A stretch of 64,000 nt of DNA, from NCBI GenBank assembly GCA_965208125.1, contig OZ242320.1, forward strand, positions 992,001 through 1,056,000, given 5' to 3'. This DNA is from Candidatus Latescibacterota bacterium (GTDB taxonomy: Bacteria; Latescibacterota; UBA2968). The position numbers and the translations under genes were made by a program. Below the pieces are notes generated by a model. It saw only the letters and a list, made by a program, of their open reading frames with translations, ran no database searches and was not told where the DNA came from. Below are positions 27,527 through 37,271 of this stretch, piece by piece (position 1 is the stretch's first letter; every line of letters begins with the position of its first letter).

Positions 27527-28261
27527 ATGAGACTACAAAACAAAAACATCGTCGTAACGGGCGGTGCATCGGGCATAGGGCAGGCGGCAGCGCGATGCTG
27601 TGCCCGGGAAGGCGCGCGTGTAGCCGTCGCAGATCTGGACGGAGCAGGCGTAGAACGCACAGTTCGAGAAATCGAAAACTCGGGCGGGAATGCAGCGGGA
27701 TATCACGCAGACATAAAAGAAGAAACTCAGGTACGCGCACTCTTTGAAAACATCGGCAATGCCTTTGGACACATTGATGGCTTAATCAACGCCGCCGGCA
27801 TCCTCGAAGGCGCGTTCGTCCCGATCGATGAATTTGATGAATTTACCTGGGACAGAGTCATAGACATCAATCTAAAAGGAAGCTTTCTCGTCTCAAAATA
27901 CACCGTGCCACTAATGGAAAAAACCGGCAAAGGCGTCATCGTACTCATCGCCTCTGGCGCAGGCGTCAAAGGCGGCAGTTCATCCGTCGCCTATGGCTCC
28001 AGCAAAGGCGGTGCCCACGGCCTCTCCCTCGTATTGGCGGCCCAACTGGGCAACCGCAACATCCGCGTCCACGGCGTATGTCCGGGCGGTATTGAAACAC
28101 CGCTCAAAATGCGCGTTGTACAAAAACAAGCCGACGCCTCAGGACGCGACGTCTCAAAAATGGCAGCCGGACTCGGCGACCCCGAAGGCGTGGGAAAAAT
28201 ACTGTCCTTCCTCGTATCTGATGAAGCCGATTATCTTCGCGGCAGCATCTTCACGCGATAG
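27527..28261 (+). CDS. SDR family oxidoreductase
   Basis: TGGASGIG, NAAG, YGSSK. Confidence 0.9.
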   Translation: MRLQNKNIVVTGGASGIGQAAARCCAREGARVAVADLDGAGVERTVREIENSGGNAAGYHADIKEETQVRALFENIGNAFGHIDGLINAAGILEGAFVPIDEFDEFTWDRVIDINLKGSFLVSKYTVPLMEKTGKGVIVLIASGAGVKGGSSSVAYGSSKGGAHGLSLVLAAQLGNRNIRVHGVCPGGIETPLKMRVVQKQADASGRDVSKMAAGLGDPEGVGKILSFLVSDEADYLRGSIFTR

Positions 28262-28272
28262 GAGACCAGACC

Positions 28273-29139
28273 ATGCGCTTAGGTGTAGTTGGCCTTTTGC
28301 CCCGGGATTTTCGCACCCTGCAATCGCCACATCTTCAGACCATCCAGGACCTCGGATTCACCGGCGGAGCCTTTCACTTTCCCGCAGAACTATGTGAAGA
28401 AATCACAACCGCTGACACGGACCGATGCCGCGCACTTTTTGCCGAACACAACCTCGACCTCGCACAATTCTCCATCACATATCCCGAATGCCTCTTTGAT
28501 CCCGATCCAGAAATCCGAAACGCAATCATCCGCAAAATGAAAAAAGGAACAGAAATCGCCGCGGGACTATCTGCACAAACCTATCTCCTGCGTCCCGGCA
28601 GCCGCAACCCCGCTGGAAGCTGGACGCCCCATCGCCAAAATCACACGCCAGAAGCCTGGGATCGCCTCATCGAAACCCTGCGAAAAATCACCCCCACCCT
28701 CGAACAACACGGCGTCACAGTCGTCATGGAAACCCACCTCGTCTCCATCCTCAAAAACCCGGAAACATGCCGCAAAATGGTCGAAAGCGTCGGATCGCCC
28801 AACCTGCGCCTGGTCATGGACTACGTCAACCACTTTGAAACCCTGAGCCAGGTCTATGCCAGCACCGACCGCCTGGACCACATCTTTTCCCAAATGGGCG
28901 CTTATGCCCCGGTCATGCACATCAAAGACATCTCCATCGGCAGAGGGCTTGTGGTCCACCTCGACGAAACCGTACCCGGCAACGGCGAACTCGATCTCGC
29001 CCACTGCTTCCGGCATTTCCAGAACCACCACCCCAACAACTACGGCCTCATCGAACACCTCAAACCCGACCTCATACCCGAAGCCGCTGCAAACACCCGC
29101 GCCATCGCAACCCACGCTGGTGTTTCGATAGACGAATAG
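28273..29139 (+). CDS. Sugar phosphate isomerase/epimerase (xylose isomerase-like TIM barrel)
   Basis: METH, MDYVN, HIKD, IEH metal ligands. Confidence 0.8.
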   Translation: MRLGVVGLLPRDFRTLQSPHLQTIQDLGFTGGAFHFPAELCEEITTADTDRCRALFAEHNLDLAQFSITYPECLFDPDPEIRNAIIRKMKKGTEIAAGLSAQTYLLRPGSRNPAGSWTPHRQNHTPEAWDRLIETLRKITPTLEQHGVTVVMETHLVSILKNPETCRKMVESVGSPNLRLVMDYVNHFETLSQVYASTDRLDHIFSQMGAYAPVMHIKDISIGRGLVVHLDETVPGNGELDLAHCFRHFQNHHPNNYGLIEHLKPDLIPEAAANTRAIATHAGVSIDE

Positions 29140-29160
29140 ACGACCCCGCTCCACCACCCA

Positions 29161-29190
29161 ACGGGCGGGCACAGGGGCACCGCCCCTACA
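29161..29190. repeat. GTAG-type REP palindrome
   Basis: ACGGGCGGGCACAGGGGCACCGCCCCTACA (reverse strand starts TGTAGGGGCGG). Confidence 0.7.
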
Positions 29191-29226
29191 GTGTGCAGGT
29201 ACTGTTATACTGACGCTGTACACCAT

Positions 29227-29349
29227 TCAATTCGGAGAAATCCAGCGTTTTTTCCACTCCCGCATAATGTGAAAATACTGTTGCACCTTGCTATACCGGC
29301 GCAAAATCTCGAGCACCTTTAACCGCAAAACATACTTTTCCTGTTCCAT
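29227..29349 (-). CDS. 40-aa small protein not in the ORF track
   Basis: AGGAGG RBS 5 nt before ATG, just downstream of the sulfatase; MEQEKYVLRLKVLEILRRYSKVQQYFHIMREWKKRWISPN. Confidence 0.55.
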   Translation of the reverse strand: MEQEKYVLRLKVLEILRRYSKVQQYFHIMREWKKRWISPN

Positions 29350-29361
29350 AAATGCCTCCTT

Positions 29362-30756
29362 TCACGTACTCCTGTCTCCTTCTCGATACCGATCCAAAAT
29401 CCCCAGCAATTCCTCTACAACCTCTTGCTTCTCACTGAATAAATTATTCTGCTCCTCCGGGTCGGATGCCATATCGTAAAGCTGCATCGGCGGTGCATCT
29501 TCTGGCACATCTGCCTCTCTCAAACTCCAGCCACCCGAACCGCGGCATGCCACCAGTTTCCATTGATCTTTGCGAATCGCAAACTCCCCGCTAATCGAAT
29601 GATGCACAGTCGCCTCTCGAATCGTATCCTCCTGATCGCCCCGCATATACGGCGAAATATCATAACTATCCTCCCCCGCATCCCTCGGCAAATCCACATC
29701 GCAAATCCCGGCTGCAGTCGCCAGCAAATCCGTCAAACACACCGTCTTATCACAACGCGACCCCGGTTCAATCACCCCGGGCCAAGAAGCGATAAACGGA
29801 ATGCGATGCCCGCCATCCCACGCATCGGACTTCTGCCCCCGATAAATATAATTCCCCAGATGATCGTACTTCTCCTTCAACCCGATCGGCTCTTCGTGAC
29901 AGCCGTTATCACTCGTCACAATAATCAGCGTATCATCCGCCAACTCATTGCGCTTAACCGCCGCCAAAATGCGCCCAACGCTCCAATCGTGCTCCGTCAC
30001 ATAATCCCCGTATTCCCCCGCCTGACTTCGCCCTGCAAATCGCCCCCGCGCAAAATGCGGCGTATGCGGCGAAGGCGCTGGAAAATACAAAAAGAACGGC
30101 TTATCCCCATTCTCCTTCGCGTGCTGATTGATAAACCCCTCGGCGCGAATCGTCAACTCCAGCAAACACGTATCATGCATAAACCCGGGCGCACACGCAC
30201 CCCCGCGCCAAAATTCTGGCCTCGGCGAATCCGCAGTCTCCTCAAGCGGTTGCTCCACCACCACCCCATCTTCAATATAACAATACGGAGCCATATCCAG
30301 CGACGCCGGAATAATAAACGAATAATCAAAACCCACCGTATGGGGTCCGTCCGTCAACGGCGCAGAAAAATCTACCGTCTCCCCATTCGCCCGCTCAGCC
30401 CCATCTCTCACCTGCCAGCCCAAACCCAGATGCCACTTGCCCACACACGCCGTCGTATAACCCTCATCGCGCAACAGCGACGGCACAGTCATCCGTCCAT
30501 CTTCAATCAACGGCTCAGAATACCCATTCAAAACCCCGCGCTTCAACCGAGAACGCCAGCAATAGCGCCCCGTCATCACCCCATACCGCGTGGGCGTACA
30601 CACCGCAGAATTGCTATGTGCATCCGCAAAAATCATCCCCTCAGACGCCAGTTGATCGGTATGCGGCGTAGGAATCTTCGAATCGGGATTCAAACAGCTC
30701 ACATCTCCGTATCCCCAATCATCGGCCAACAGGTAAATAATATTTGGCTTGCGCAT
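29362..30756 (-). CDS. Arylsulfatase (Cys-type)
   Basis: ADDWGYGD, CTPTR, GKWHLG, SDNG. Confidence 0.92.
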   Translation of the reverse strand: MRKPNIIYLLADDWGYGDVSCLNPDSKIPTPHTDQLASEGMIFADAHSNSAVCTPTRYGVMTGRYCWRSRLKRGVLNGYSEPLIEDGRMTVPSLLRDEGYTTACVGKWHLGLGWQVRDGAERANGETVDFSAPLTDGPHTVGFDYSFIIPASLDMAPYCYIEDGVVVEQPLEETADSPRPEFWRGGACAPGFMHDTCLLELTIRAEGFINQHAKENGDKPFFLYFPAPSPHTPHFARGRFAGRSQAGEYGDYVTEHDWSVGRILAAVKRNELADDTLIIVTSDNGCHEEPIGLKEKYDHLGNYIYRGQKSDAWDGGHRIPFIASWPGVIEPGSRCDKTVCLTDLLATAAGICDVDLPRDAGEDSYDISPYMRGDQEDTIREATVHHSISGEFAIRKDQWKLVACRGSGGWSLREADVPEDAPPMQLYDMASDPEEQNNLFSEKQEVVEELLGILDRYREGDRST

Positions 30757-30823
30757 AAATCCAACTCCCTTCATAATAAAGACCGTCTCTTTCCTCACCT
30801 TAAAAATAAACTCACAGGACCCT

Positions 30824-31861
30824 ATGACACAACCTCATTTTCTCCAAATACTCCAGCGCTCCAATTCCAACCCCCTCTTAACCATCGACGACATCACCTG
30901 GGACTACAAAAAAAAGCGATCCATCATGTTTCCCAGCGTCATTGATATGCACGACAAACTGGACAACCCCATTGATCGCTACTACATGTATCTCGCCTCA
31001 CACGGCGGCAGAGAAATCGGCTTTGCAACCGCGCCAACGCTCGAAGGCCCCTGGACAATGCAAAAAGAAGCCGTCCTCCACCTCGATAACTGCCCCGCCG
31101 TCAAGGGCCACCTCAGTTCGCCCGAAATCATTTATTACAACAACCGCTTCATCCTCTACTATCACGGCGGCTGTCCGCCAGAAGTGCTCAAAGAACAAAA
31201 CCGCCGAATGCCCACCCACTATTATCGCCGCATTCAAAACTCAGGCGCAGCCACCTCAACCGATGGCATCCACTTTGATGTACATCCCAACAACCTCCTC
31301 TTGCCCATCACCACACCCGATCATTGGCGTGCGGCCACCAACATGTATCTGCGCGTCGTGCCCACAGAAAACGGATGCCACGGCTTCTTCATGACCATGA
31401 GCCGCGAAGAAGCGGATTACAATAATGAAACCAAAAAACTTCCCAAAGAACAACGGAGAGGTCGCCCCCATCCCACAAGCATTGGACACGCCTATTCACC
31501 CGACGGATTAAACTGGACCCTCGACGAAACCGGTGCCATCCTCACCGCCGAAGAAATATATGGGGAACACCAGCGCATTCGCCATATTGGATGTACGCTC
31601 ATCAACGACACACACATCCTGGCGACCTATTCTTGCTTTGCCAACATCAATGCAACCTTTGAAAGCATCTTCGCTGCCACATTACAAATCAACGGCCAGG
31701 CGGTACGCCTTGTTCAAAAACACGGTACAATCTTAACACCTCAAGGGGAATGGGAAAAGCGAAATGTGCGCGACCCCTTTCCCATATTTCACGATAAAAA
31801 ACTCTATCTCTATTACGCCGGTGGCGGAGAAAAAGGCATTGGACTGGCTATCAGCGCGTGA
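30824..31861 (+). CDS. Five-bladed beta-propeller glycosidase-like protein (GH32/43/130 type)
   Basis: YYMY.ASH, GPW, SSP, TSTDGIHF, SPDGLNW, RDP, LYYAGGGE. Confidence 0.6.
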   Translation: MTQPHFLQILQRSNSNPLLTIDDITWDYKKKRSIMFPSVIDMHDKLDNPIDRYYMYLASHGGREIGFATAPTLEGPWTMQKEAVLHLDNCPAVKGHLSSPEIIYYNNRFILYYHGGCPPEVLKEQNRRMPTHYYRRIQNSGAATSTDGIHFDVHPNNLLLPITTPDHWRAATNMYLRVVPTENGCHGFFMTMSREEADYNNETKKLPKEQRRGRPHPTSIGHAYSPDGLNWTLDETGAILTAEEIYGEHQRIRHIGCTLINDTHILATYSCFANINATFESIFAATLQINGQAVRLVQKHGTILTPQGEWEKRNVRDPFPIFHDKKLYLYYAGGGEKGIGLAISA

Positions 31862-31917
31862 TTGTTTTCTGAACGCAAAAACATCATTTCTTTTATTGTG
31901 TATAACACGAGGTATTC

Positions 31918-33363
31918 ATGCCCAACAAACCAAACATCCTCTGGATCTGCACCGACCAGCAGCGCTTTGACACCCTCGGCTGTTATGGCAACCCCTATGT
32001 ACACACCCCCAACCTGGACCGCCTCGCCGAACAAAGCGTCCTCTTCGAATACGCCTTCTCGCAAAGTCCCGTCTGCACGCCCAGCCGATCCAGCTTCCTC
32101 ACCGGACGCTATCCGCGCACCACGCGCTGCCGGCAAAACGGACAATCCATACCCGGCGACGAAATCCCCGTCACCAAACTACTTCACGACGCCGGATACG
32201 TATGCGGCCTATCCGGCAAACTCCACATCTCGGCCTGCAACCCCAGCGCGTGCCACGGCACAGAACGCCGCATAGACGACGGCTACGACCAGTTCTTCTG
32301 GTCACACGACCCCGCCCCCAGATGGCCCACCAATGACTATCATCAGTGGTTGCGCGACAAGGGCCTGAATCGCGATGTCCAGCCCTTCCCAGATTCTCGA
32401 TACGTACAGACACTACCCTCTGAAGAACACAGCCAGACCACCTATTGCATCCAGCGCGCCATCACCTTCATCCGCCGATGCGCCGAAGAAAACATGCCCT
32501 GGACCTTTTCCCTCAACCCCTTTGATCCGCATCACGCCTTTGATCCCCCGCGCGAAGACCTCGAGCGCTACAGCGATATAATTGACGACATACCCCTGCC
32601 CAACTACACCGAAGGCGAACTCCACGACAAACCCATCTGGCAACGCATCGATCACAGCGGATCCTACGGCGGCAAAGGCATGTATGCGTACGACCAAATG
32701 ACCGACACCGATCACCGCTGGGTCACCGCGGCGTACTGGGCCATGGTCGATGTCATCGACCGGCAGATCGGCCACCTGTTCGACTGCCTCGAAGAAACCG
32801 GACAGCGCGACAACACATACATCATCTTCACCTCTGACCACGGCGAAATGCTCGGCGACCACGGCATCTACCTCAAAGGCCCCTTCTTCTACGAACCCGC
32901 TGTACGCGTCCCCCTCCTCATCTCAGGACCCGGCCTTCGCAACGACGGCTCGCGATCATCCGCACTCGTCGAACTCGTTGACCTCGCACCCACCATCCTC
33001 GAATGGGTCGGCCTCGACCGCCATCCCGCCATGCAGGGCCGTACCCTCCAACCGCTCCTGAAAGCCGACGCGCCCCTCGACCAGCACCGCGACGACATCT
33101 ACTGCGAATATTACAACGCCATGCAGGGCCACAAAAATCCGCCCGCCCATGCCACCATGGTACGCACCGACCGCTACAAACTCGTCGCCGCACACGGCAC
33201 TGGCGGTGGCGAACTCTACGACCTCGAAACCGATCCCACTGAAACGCACAATCAGTGGAACAACCCCAACTACACCACCGTGCGCCTCGACCTCATGACC
33301 CGCCTTGCCGACCGCATGGCCTGGACCGTCGATCCCCTGCCCCCGAGAGAAGCAGGGTTTTAA
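31918..33363 (+). CDS. Sulfatase (Cys-type)
   Basis: PNILWICTDQQR, CTPSR, GKLH, SDHGE. Confidence 0.92.
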   Translation: MPNKPNILWICTDQQRFDTLGCYGNPYVHTPNLDRLAEQSVLFEYAFSQSPVCTPSRSSFLTGRYPRTTRCRQNGQSIPGDEIPVTKLLHDAGYVCGLSGKLHISACNPSACHGTERRIDDGYDQFFWSHDPAPRWPTNDYHQWLRDKGLNRDVQPFPDSRYVQTLPSEEHSQTTYCIQRAITFIRRCAEENMPWTFSLNPFDPHHAFDPPREDLERYSDIIDDIPLPNYTEGELHDKPIWQRIDHSGSYGGKGMYAYDQMTDTDHRWVTAAYWAMVDVIDRQIGHLFDCLEETGQRDNTYIIFTSDHGEMLGDHGIYLKGPFFYEPAVRVPLLISGPGLRNDGSRSSALVELVDLAPTILEWVGLDRHPAMQGRTLQPLLKADAPLDQHRDDIYCEYYNAMQGHKNPPAHATMVRTDRYKLVAAHGTGGGELYDLETDPTETHNQWNNPNYTTVRLDLMTRLADRMAWTVDPLPPREAGF

Positions 33364-33376
33364 GAAGGAGAAGTTC

Positions 33377-35152
33377 ATGCCCGAAACACAACCGCGCCCC
33401 GAACATCCCCGTCCGCAATTTCAGCGCACCACATGGTTGAACCTCAACGGCATCTGGAACTTCGCCATAGACTCTGGACAATCCGGTGAAGCCAAAGGCT
33501 GGCCCCAAAATCCCGCTGAATTAAACCGTGCCATCACAGTCCCTTTTTGCCCTGAATCCAGCCTCTCGGGCATACAACACACGGACTTCATGCCCTCGGT
33601 CTGGTATCACCGAACCCTCGACATCCCCGACGAATGGACGGACAAGCGCGTACTCCTGCACTTCGGCGCGGTCGATTACCACTGCAAAGCCTGGGTCAAC
33701 GGTCGGCTCATCGGACAGCATTACGGCGGCAGTTCATCCTTCACATTTGACATCACAGACGCGCTCACATCTGACACAAATCACCTCGTCGTCTGCGCCA
33801 ATGACGACACGCGCTCTGGCGACCAGCCATCGGGCAAACAATGCCCCGACCTATATTCCCGCGGCTGCCACTACACGCGCGTCACGGGAATATGGCAAAC
33901 CGTCTGGCTCGAAGCCGTACCCGAATCGCGCATCGAAACGGTGCGCATCGTACCCGACCTCGACAGCAGCCGCTTTGTACTCACCCCCACATTCAAAAAC
34001 GCACATCGCGGGCACACCTTCCGCGCCGTCCTCTTCAACGGCAAAGAAGAAGTCGCGGTCTCCACAATGCCCGCCACGAGCGGTGCAGCTATGTCCTTGC
34101 GCATCAAAAACCCACAACCCTGGTCGCCAGACAACCCCCACCTCTACGACCTCCGCTTTGAACTCTGCGATGGCGACACCACCGTCGACACAGTCAACAG
34201 CTATGCCGGCCTGCGAAAATTTCACATCGAAGGCCACAAATTCTACCTCAACAACACCCCCATCTTCCTGCGCCTTGTACTGGACCAGGGATTCTATCCC
34301 GACGGAATATGGACCGCCCCATCCGACGAAATGCTCAAAGGCGACATCGAAAAATCGCTCGCCGTCGGCTTCAACGGCGCGCGCCTCCACCAGAAAGTAT
34401 TCGAAGAACGCTTTCACTACTGGGCAGACAAACTCGGCTATCTCACCTGGGGCGAATACTGCGACTGGGGCATGAACTTCGGCTCACCCCAATCAATACA
34501 CAACCAGCAGCGCGAATGGCGAGAAATTGTCCAGCGAGACCTCAACCACCCCTCCATCCTCGCCTGGACCCCATACAACGAAACCCGGGGCGGTGCGACC
34601 AACCACTTTGAAGCGCACCGCCGGGCCGTACAGGAAACCTACGACCTCACCAGAGCACTCGACCCTTCTCGCCCCTGCCACGACACCAGCGGCTACGTAC
34701 ACGTCTGCACAGACATCTACACCGTACACGACTACGAACAGGACCCCGTCAAATTCAAAGCAACTTATGCACCCGTATCCCCCGACGACTGGAAAAACAC
34801 ACCCATCCGCTTCCCTGAATTGAATGTGCCCTATCAGGGACAACCCTATGTCGTCGATGAATACGGCGGCACATGGTGGGACCCCAATGCCTTCGAAACA
34901 GAACAGGACGCAGACCGCAAAAGCAGCTGGGGCTATGGCAAACGCCCCACCGACATCGAAGAAGTGTATCACCGCATCGAAAAACTCACAGCCATACTCC
35001 TCAACCACCCCAACATCGCGGGGTATTGCTACACACAACTCACCGACATCGAACAGGAACAAAACGGCATCTACACCTATGACCGCCGGGAAAAATTCGA
35101 CGCAAAACGCCTGAAAAAATATTTCGGTGCCCCAGCGGCGATTGAATCATAA
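33377..35152 (+). CDS. Glycoside hydrolase family 2
   Basis: LHFGAVDY, GIWQTVWLE, LDQG, RLHQK, NHPSI..W..YNE, DEYGG, YTQLTD. Confidence 0.9.
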   Translation: MPETQPRPEHPRPQFQRTTWLNLNGIWNFAIDSGQSGEAKGWPQNPAELNRAITVPFCPESSLSGIQHTDFMPSVWYHRTLDIPDEWTDKRVLLHFGAVDYHCKAWVNGRLIGQHYGGSSSFTFDITDALTSDTNHLVVCANDDTRSGDQPSGKQCPDLYSRGCHYTRVTGIWQTVWLEAVPESRIETVRIVPDLDSSRFVLTPTFKNAHRGHTFRAVLFNGKEEVAVSTMPATSGAAMSLRIKNPQPWSPDNPHLYDLRFELCDGDTTVDTVNSYAGLRKFHIEGHKFYLNNTPIFLRLVLDQGFYPDGIWTAPSDEMLKGDIEKSLAVGFNGARLHQKVFEERFHYWADKLGYLTWGEYCDWGMNFGSPQSIHNQQREWREIVQRDLNHPSILAWTPYNETRGGATNHFEAHRRAVQETYDLTRALDPSRPCHDTSGYVHVCTDIYTVHDYEQDPVKFKATYAPVSPDDWKNTPIRFPELNVPYQGQPYVVDEYGGTWWDPNAFETEQDADRKSSWGYGKRPTDIEEVYHRIEKLTAILLNHPNIAGYCYTQLTDIEQEQNGIYTYDRREKFDAKRLKKYFGAPAAIES

Positions 35153-35188
35153 TCCAATGAAAAGAACACCTCGCACCCTTCACACATT

Positions 35189-35247
35189 CGCGGCAGGGAT
35201 GCCGCTCCTACAGCTTAATTTTCACACTTCATACTTCACACTTCATA
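35189..35247. repeat. GTAG-type REP (35189-35212) plus heptamer tandem repeat CTTCAYA (35221-35247)
   Basis: CGCGGCAGGGATGCCGCTCCTACA; TTCACACTTCATACTTCACACTTCATA. Confidence 0.6.
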
Positions 35248-35257
35248 GAGGTACCCC

Positions 35258-37177
35258 ATGGACCCCCGATGGCAAAACCTCCCGCACACCAACACCGAAT
35301 TCACGCCCACAACATATCCCGACCGCGAAACCTGGGAACGAGAACGGGCGAGACTCAAAAAGCAAATCCTCTTTGCCGCTGGACTCTGGCCAATGCCCGA
35401 AAAGCCCCCGCTCGACATCCACATCTACGACCGCATTGAACGAGACGGACACACCATCGAAAAAGCCTACTTCCAGAGCTTGCCTAACTTCTACGTGGGC
35501 GGTAGCCTCTTTCGCCCCCTCAACCCACAACCCAAAAGCCACCCCGGCATCTTAAGCCCACACGGACATGCACAACTGGGCCGCATACAACACGGGGACA
35601 CATCCTACCCGGGCCGGGGCATCACCTTTGCCCGAATGGGCTGCACGGCCTTCATGTGGGACATGGTCGATTACAACGACAGCGCCCGCCATCTCTCCGG
35701 CGCATACCAGGAAGAAACCTACGGCATTGTACACCGCGCACCCTGGCCCCACAAACAGGACGACCGCATGCTCTGGAACATCGGCATCCTGGGCTTTCAA
35801 CTCTGGAACAGCATCCGCGCACTCGACTTCCTCTGCGAACTCCCCGAAGTCGATACCAACCGCCTGGGCTGCACGGGCGAATCGGGCGGAGGCACCCAAA
35901 CCTATAACCTCTATGCCGTTGACGACCGCCTGCACGTCGCCGCACCCGTCTGCATGGTCTCCGCCTACATGCAAGGCGGCTGTGTCTGTGAAAACGCGCC
36001 CCTGTTGCGCATCGACACCAACAACGTCGATATCGGCGCCACCTTCGCGCCCAAACCCCTCATCCTCGTCAGTTCCTCACAGGACTGGACGCAACACACA
36101 CCCGACGTCGAATATCCCGCCATCAAACGCATATACGACCTCTACGACGCCGACGACCACATCTCCCAAATCCAGATTGACGCGCCCCACGGCTACAACC
36201 TCGAAATGCGCGAAGCCGTGTACCGCTGGTTCGCCCGCTGGCTCAATCTACCCATTGGCGACGACTTTCGCGAACCCCCCTTTGAAGTTGAAGAACACAA
36301 AGACATGCTCGCCTTCTTCAATGGCCTGCCCGACGGCGCAATCACCCAACACGAAGACCTCATCCGCCAGTGCATCGCCGCATCCAAAACAGCGCTGGAA
36401 ACCCATCGCCCGAACACCCCCGACGCCCTCGCCGCAAATCGACGCACCCTGGGCGAAGCACTGCGCATAACCGTCGGCTACGACGACAGCACTGTCACAT
36501 ATCAACACAACACCAGAGAAAACGGAATCCTCATCGGCAACCGCCGCAATGTGCGCGTCCCCATCCGCACCTTCACACCTGAATCCCCGTCCGACACATC
36601 CACCCTCTTAATTCACCCGCACGGCATGGATGCTCTGTACTCACCCATCATCCACGCCCTCCTCGACAAAGGTCACACCGTCTATGCCATAGACTCCTTC
36701 GGCACGGGCCAAAACATCGGCGAAGAAAACCCCGAAGAACCGCGCGGGAGCGGGAACTTCTTCAACACCTTTAACCGCACCGACGACGCCGAACGCATAT
36801 ACGACATCGGACTCACACTGCGTCACATCCCCGATGGCCCGGTAAACATCGTCGGCTTTGGCAATGCCGGACTCTGGGCCACCATCGCAGGTGCAATCAC
36901 AGAACGCGCCGACCTGCAAATCGCATCCGACATCGGCGCATTCAACACCAAAACCGAAAACGACTACCTCAATCGCCTGCCCATCCCCGGCATACTCAAA
37001 GCGGGAGGCTTGTCCAATGCCGCCGCGCTCATCGCCCCAAATAACTTGTTCTTACACAACACGGGCGATACCTTCGACACCTCATGGGCAGAAGCGGCCT
37101 ATGCACTTTATCCCGAAGCGACCCTGACAGTAAAAGATGACCTTGCAAGAAACGAGGACTTGATCGATTTTTTGTAA
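35258..37177 (+). CDS. Acetylxylan-esterase-like alpha/beta hydrolase with degenerate second domain
   Basis: PHGH, GESGGG nucleophile elbow, GCVCEN, PHGY. Confidence 0.75.
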   Translation: MDPRWQNLPHTNTEFTPTTYPDRETWERERARLKKQILFAAGLWPMPEKPPLDIHIYDRIERDGHTIEKAYFQSLPNFYVGGSLFRPLNPQPKSHPGILSPHGHAQLGRIQHGDTSYPGRGITFARMGCTAFMWDMVDYNDSARHLSGAYQEETYGIVHRAPWPHKQDDRMLWNIGILGFQLWNSIRALDFLCELPEVDTNRLGCTGESGGGTQTYNLYAVDDRLHVAAPVCMVSAYMQGGCVCENAPLLRIDTNNVDIGATFAPKPLILVSSSQDWTQHTPDVEYPAIKRIYDLYDADDHISQIQIDAPHGYNLEMREAVYRWFARWLNLPIGDDFREPPFEVEEHKDMLAFFNGLPDGAITQHEDLIRQCIAASKTALETHRPNTPDALAANRRTLGEALRITVGYDDSTVTYQHNTRENGILIGNRRNVRVPIRTFTPESPSDTSTLLIHPHGMDALYSPIIHALLDKGHTVYAIDSFGTGQNIGEENPEEPRGSGNFFNTFNRTDDAERIYDIGLTLRHIPDGPVNIVGFGNAGLWATIAGAITERADLQIASDIGAFNTKTENDYLNRLPIPGILKAGGLSNAAALIAPNNLFLHNTGDTFDTSWAEAAYALYPEATLTVKDDLARNEDLIDFL

Positions 37178-37185
37178 AAAACCTT

Positions 37186-37219
37186 CTGGATCGCGGCTTA
37201 AAACCATGCCGCGATGACA
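37186..37219. repeat. REP-like palindrome family A, copy 3
   Basis: CTGGATCGCGGCTTAAAACCATGCCGCGATGACA. Confidence 0.85.
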
Positions 37220-37271
37220 TATCTACAGCTCCTGATTTGCTTACCACTTAACATAAAACAGGAAAACAACC

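Noticed and set aside
29563-30945. Long antisense or alternative-frame ORFs (e.g. 460 aa here, 12284-13246, 15642-16592, 33528-34475)
   Set aside because: Shadows of well-supported genes caused by codon bias; no recognisable motifs
26866-37219. 33-bp palindromic repeats as a CRISPR array or attC sites
   Set aside because: Copies are 0.6 and 9.7 kb apart with no spacers, no cas or intI genes, and no RYYYAAC/GTTRRRY ends
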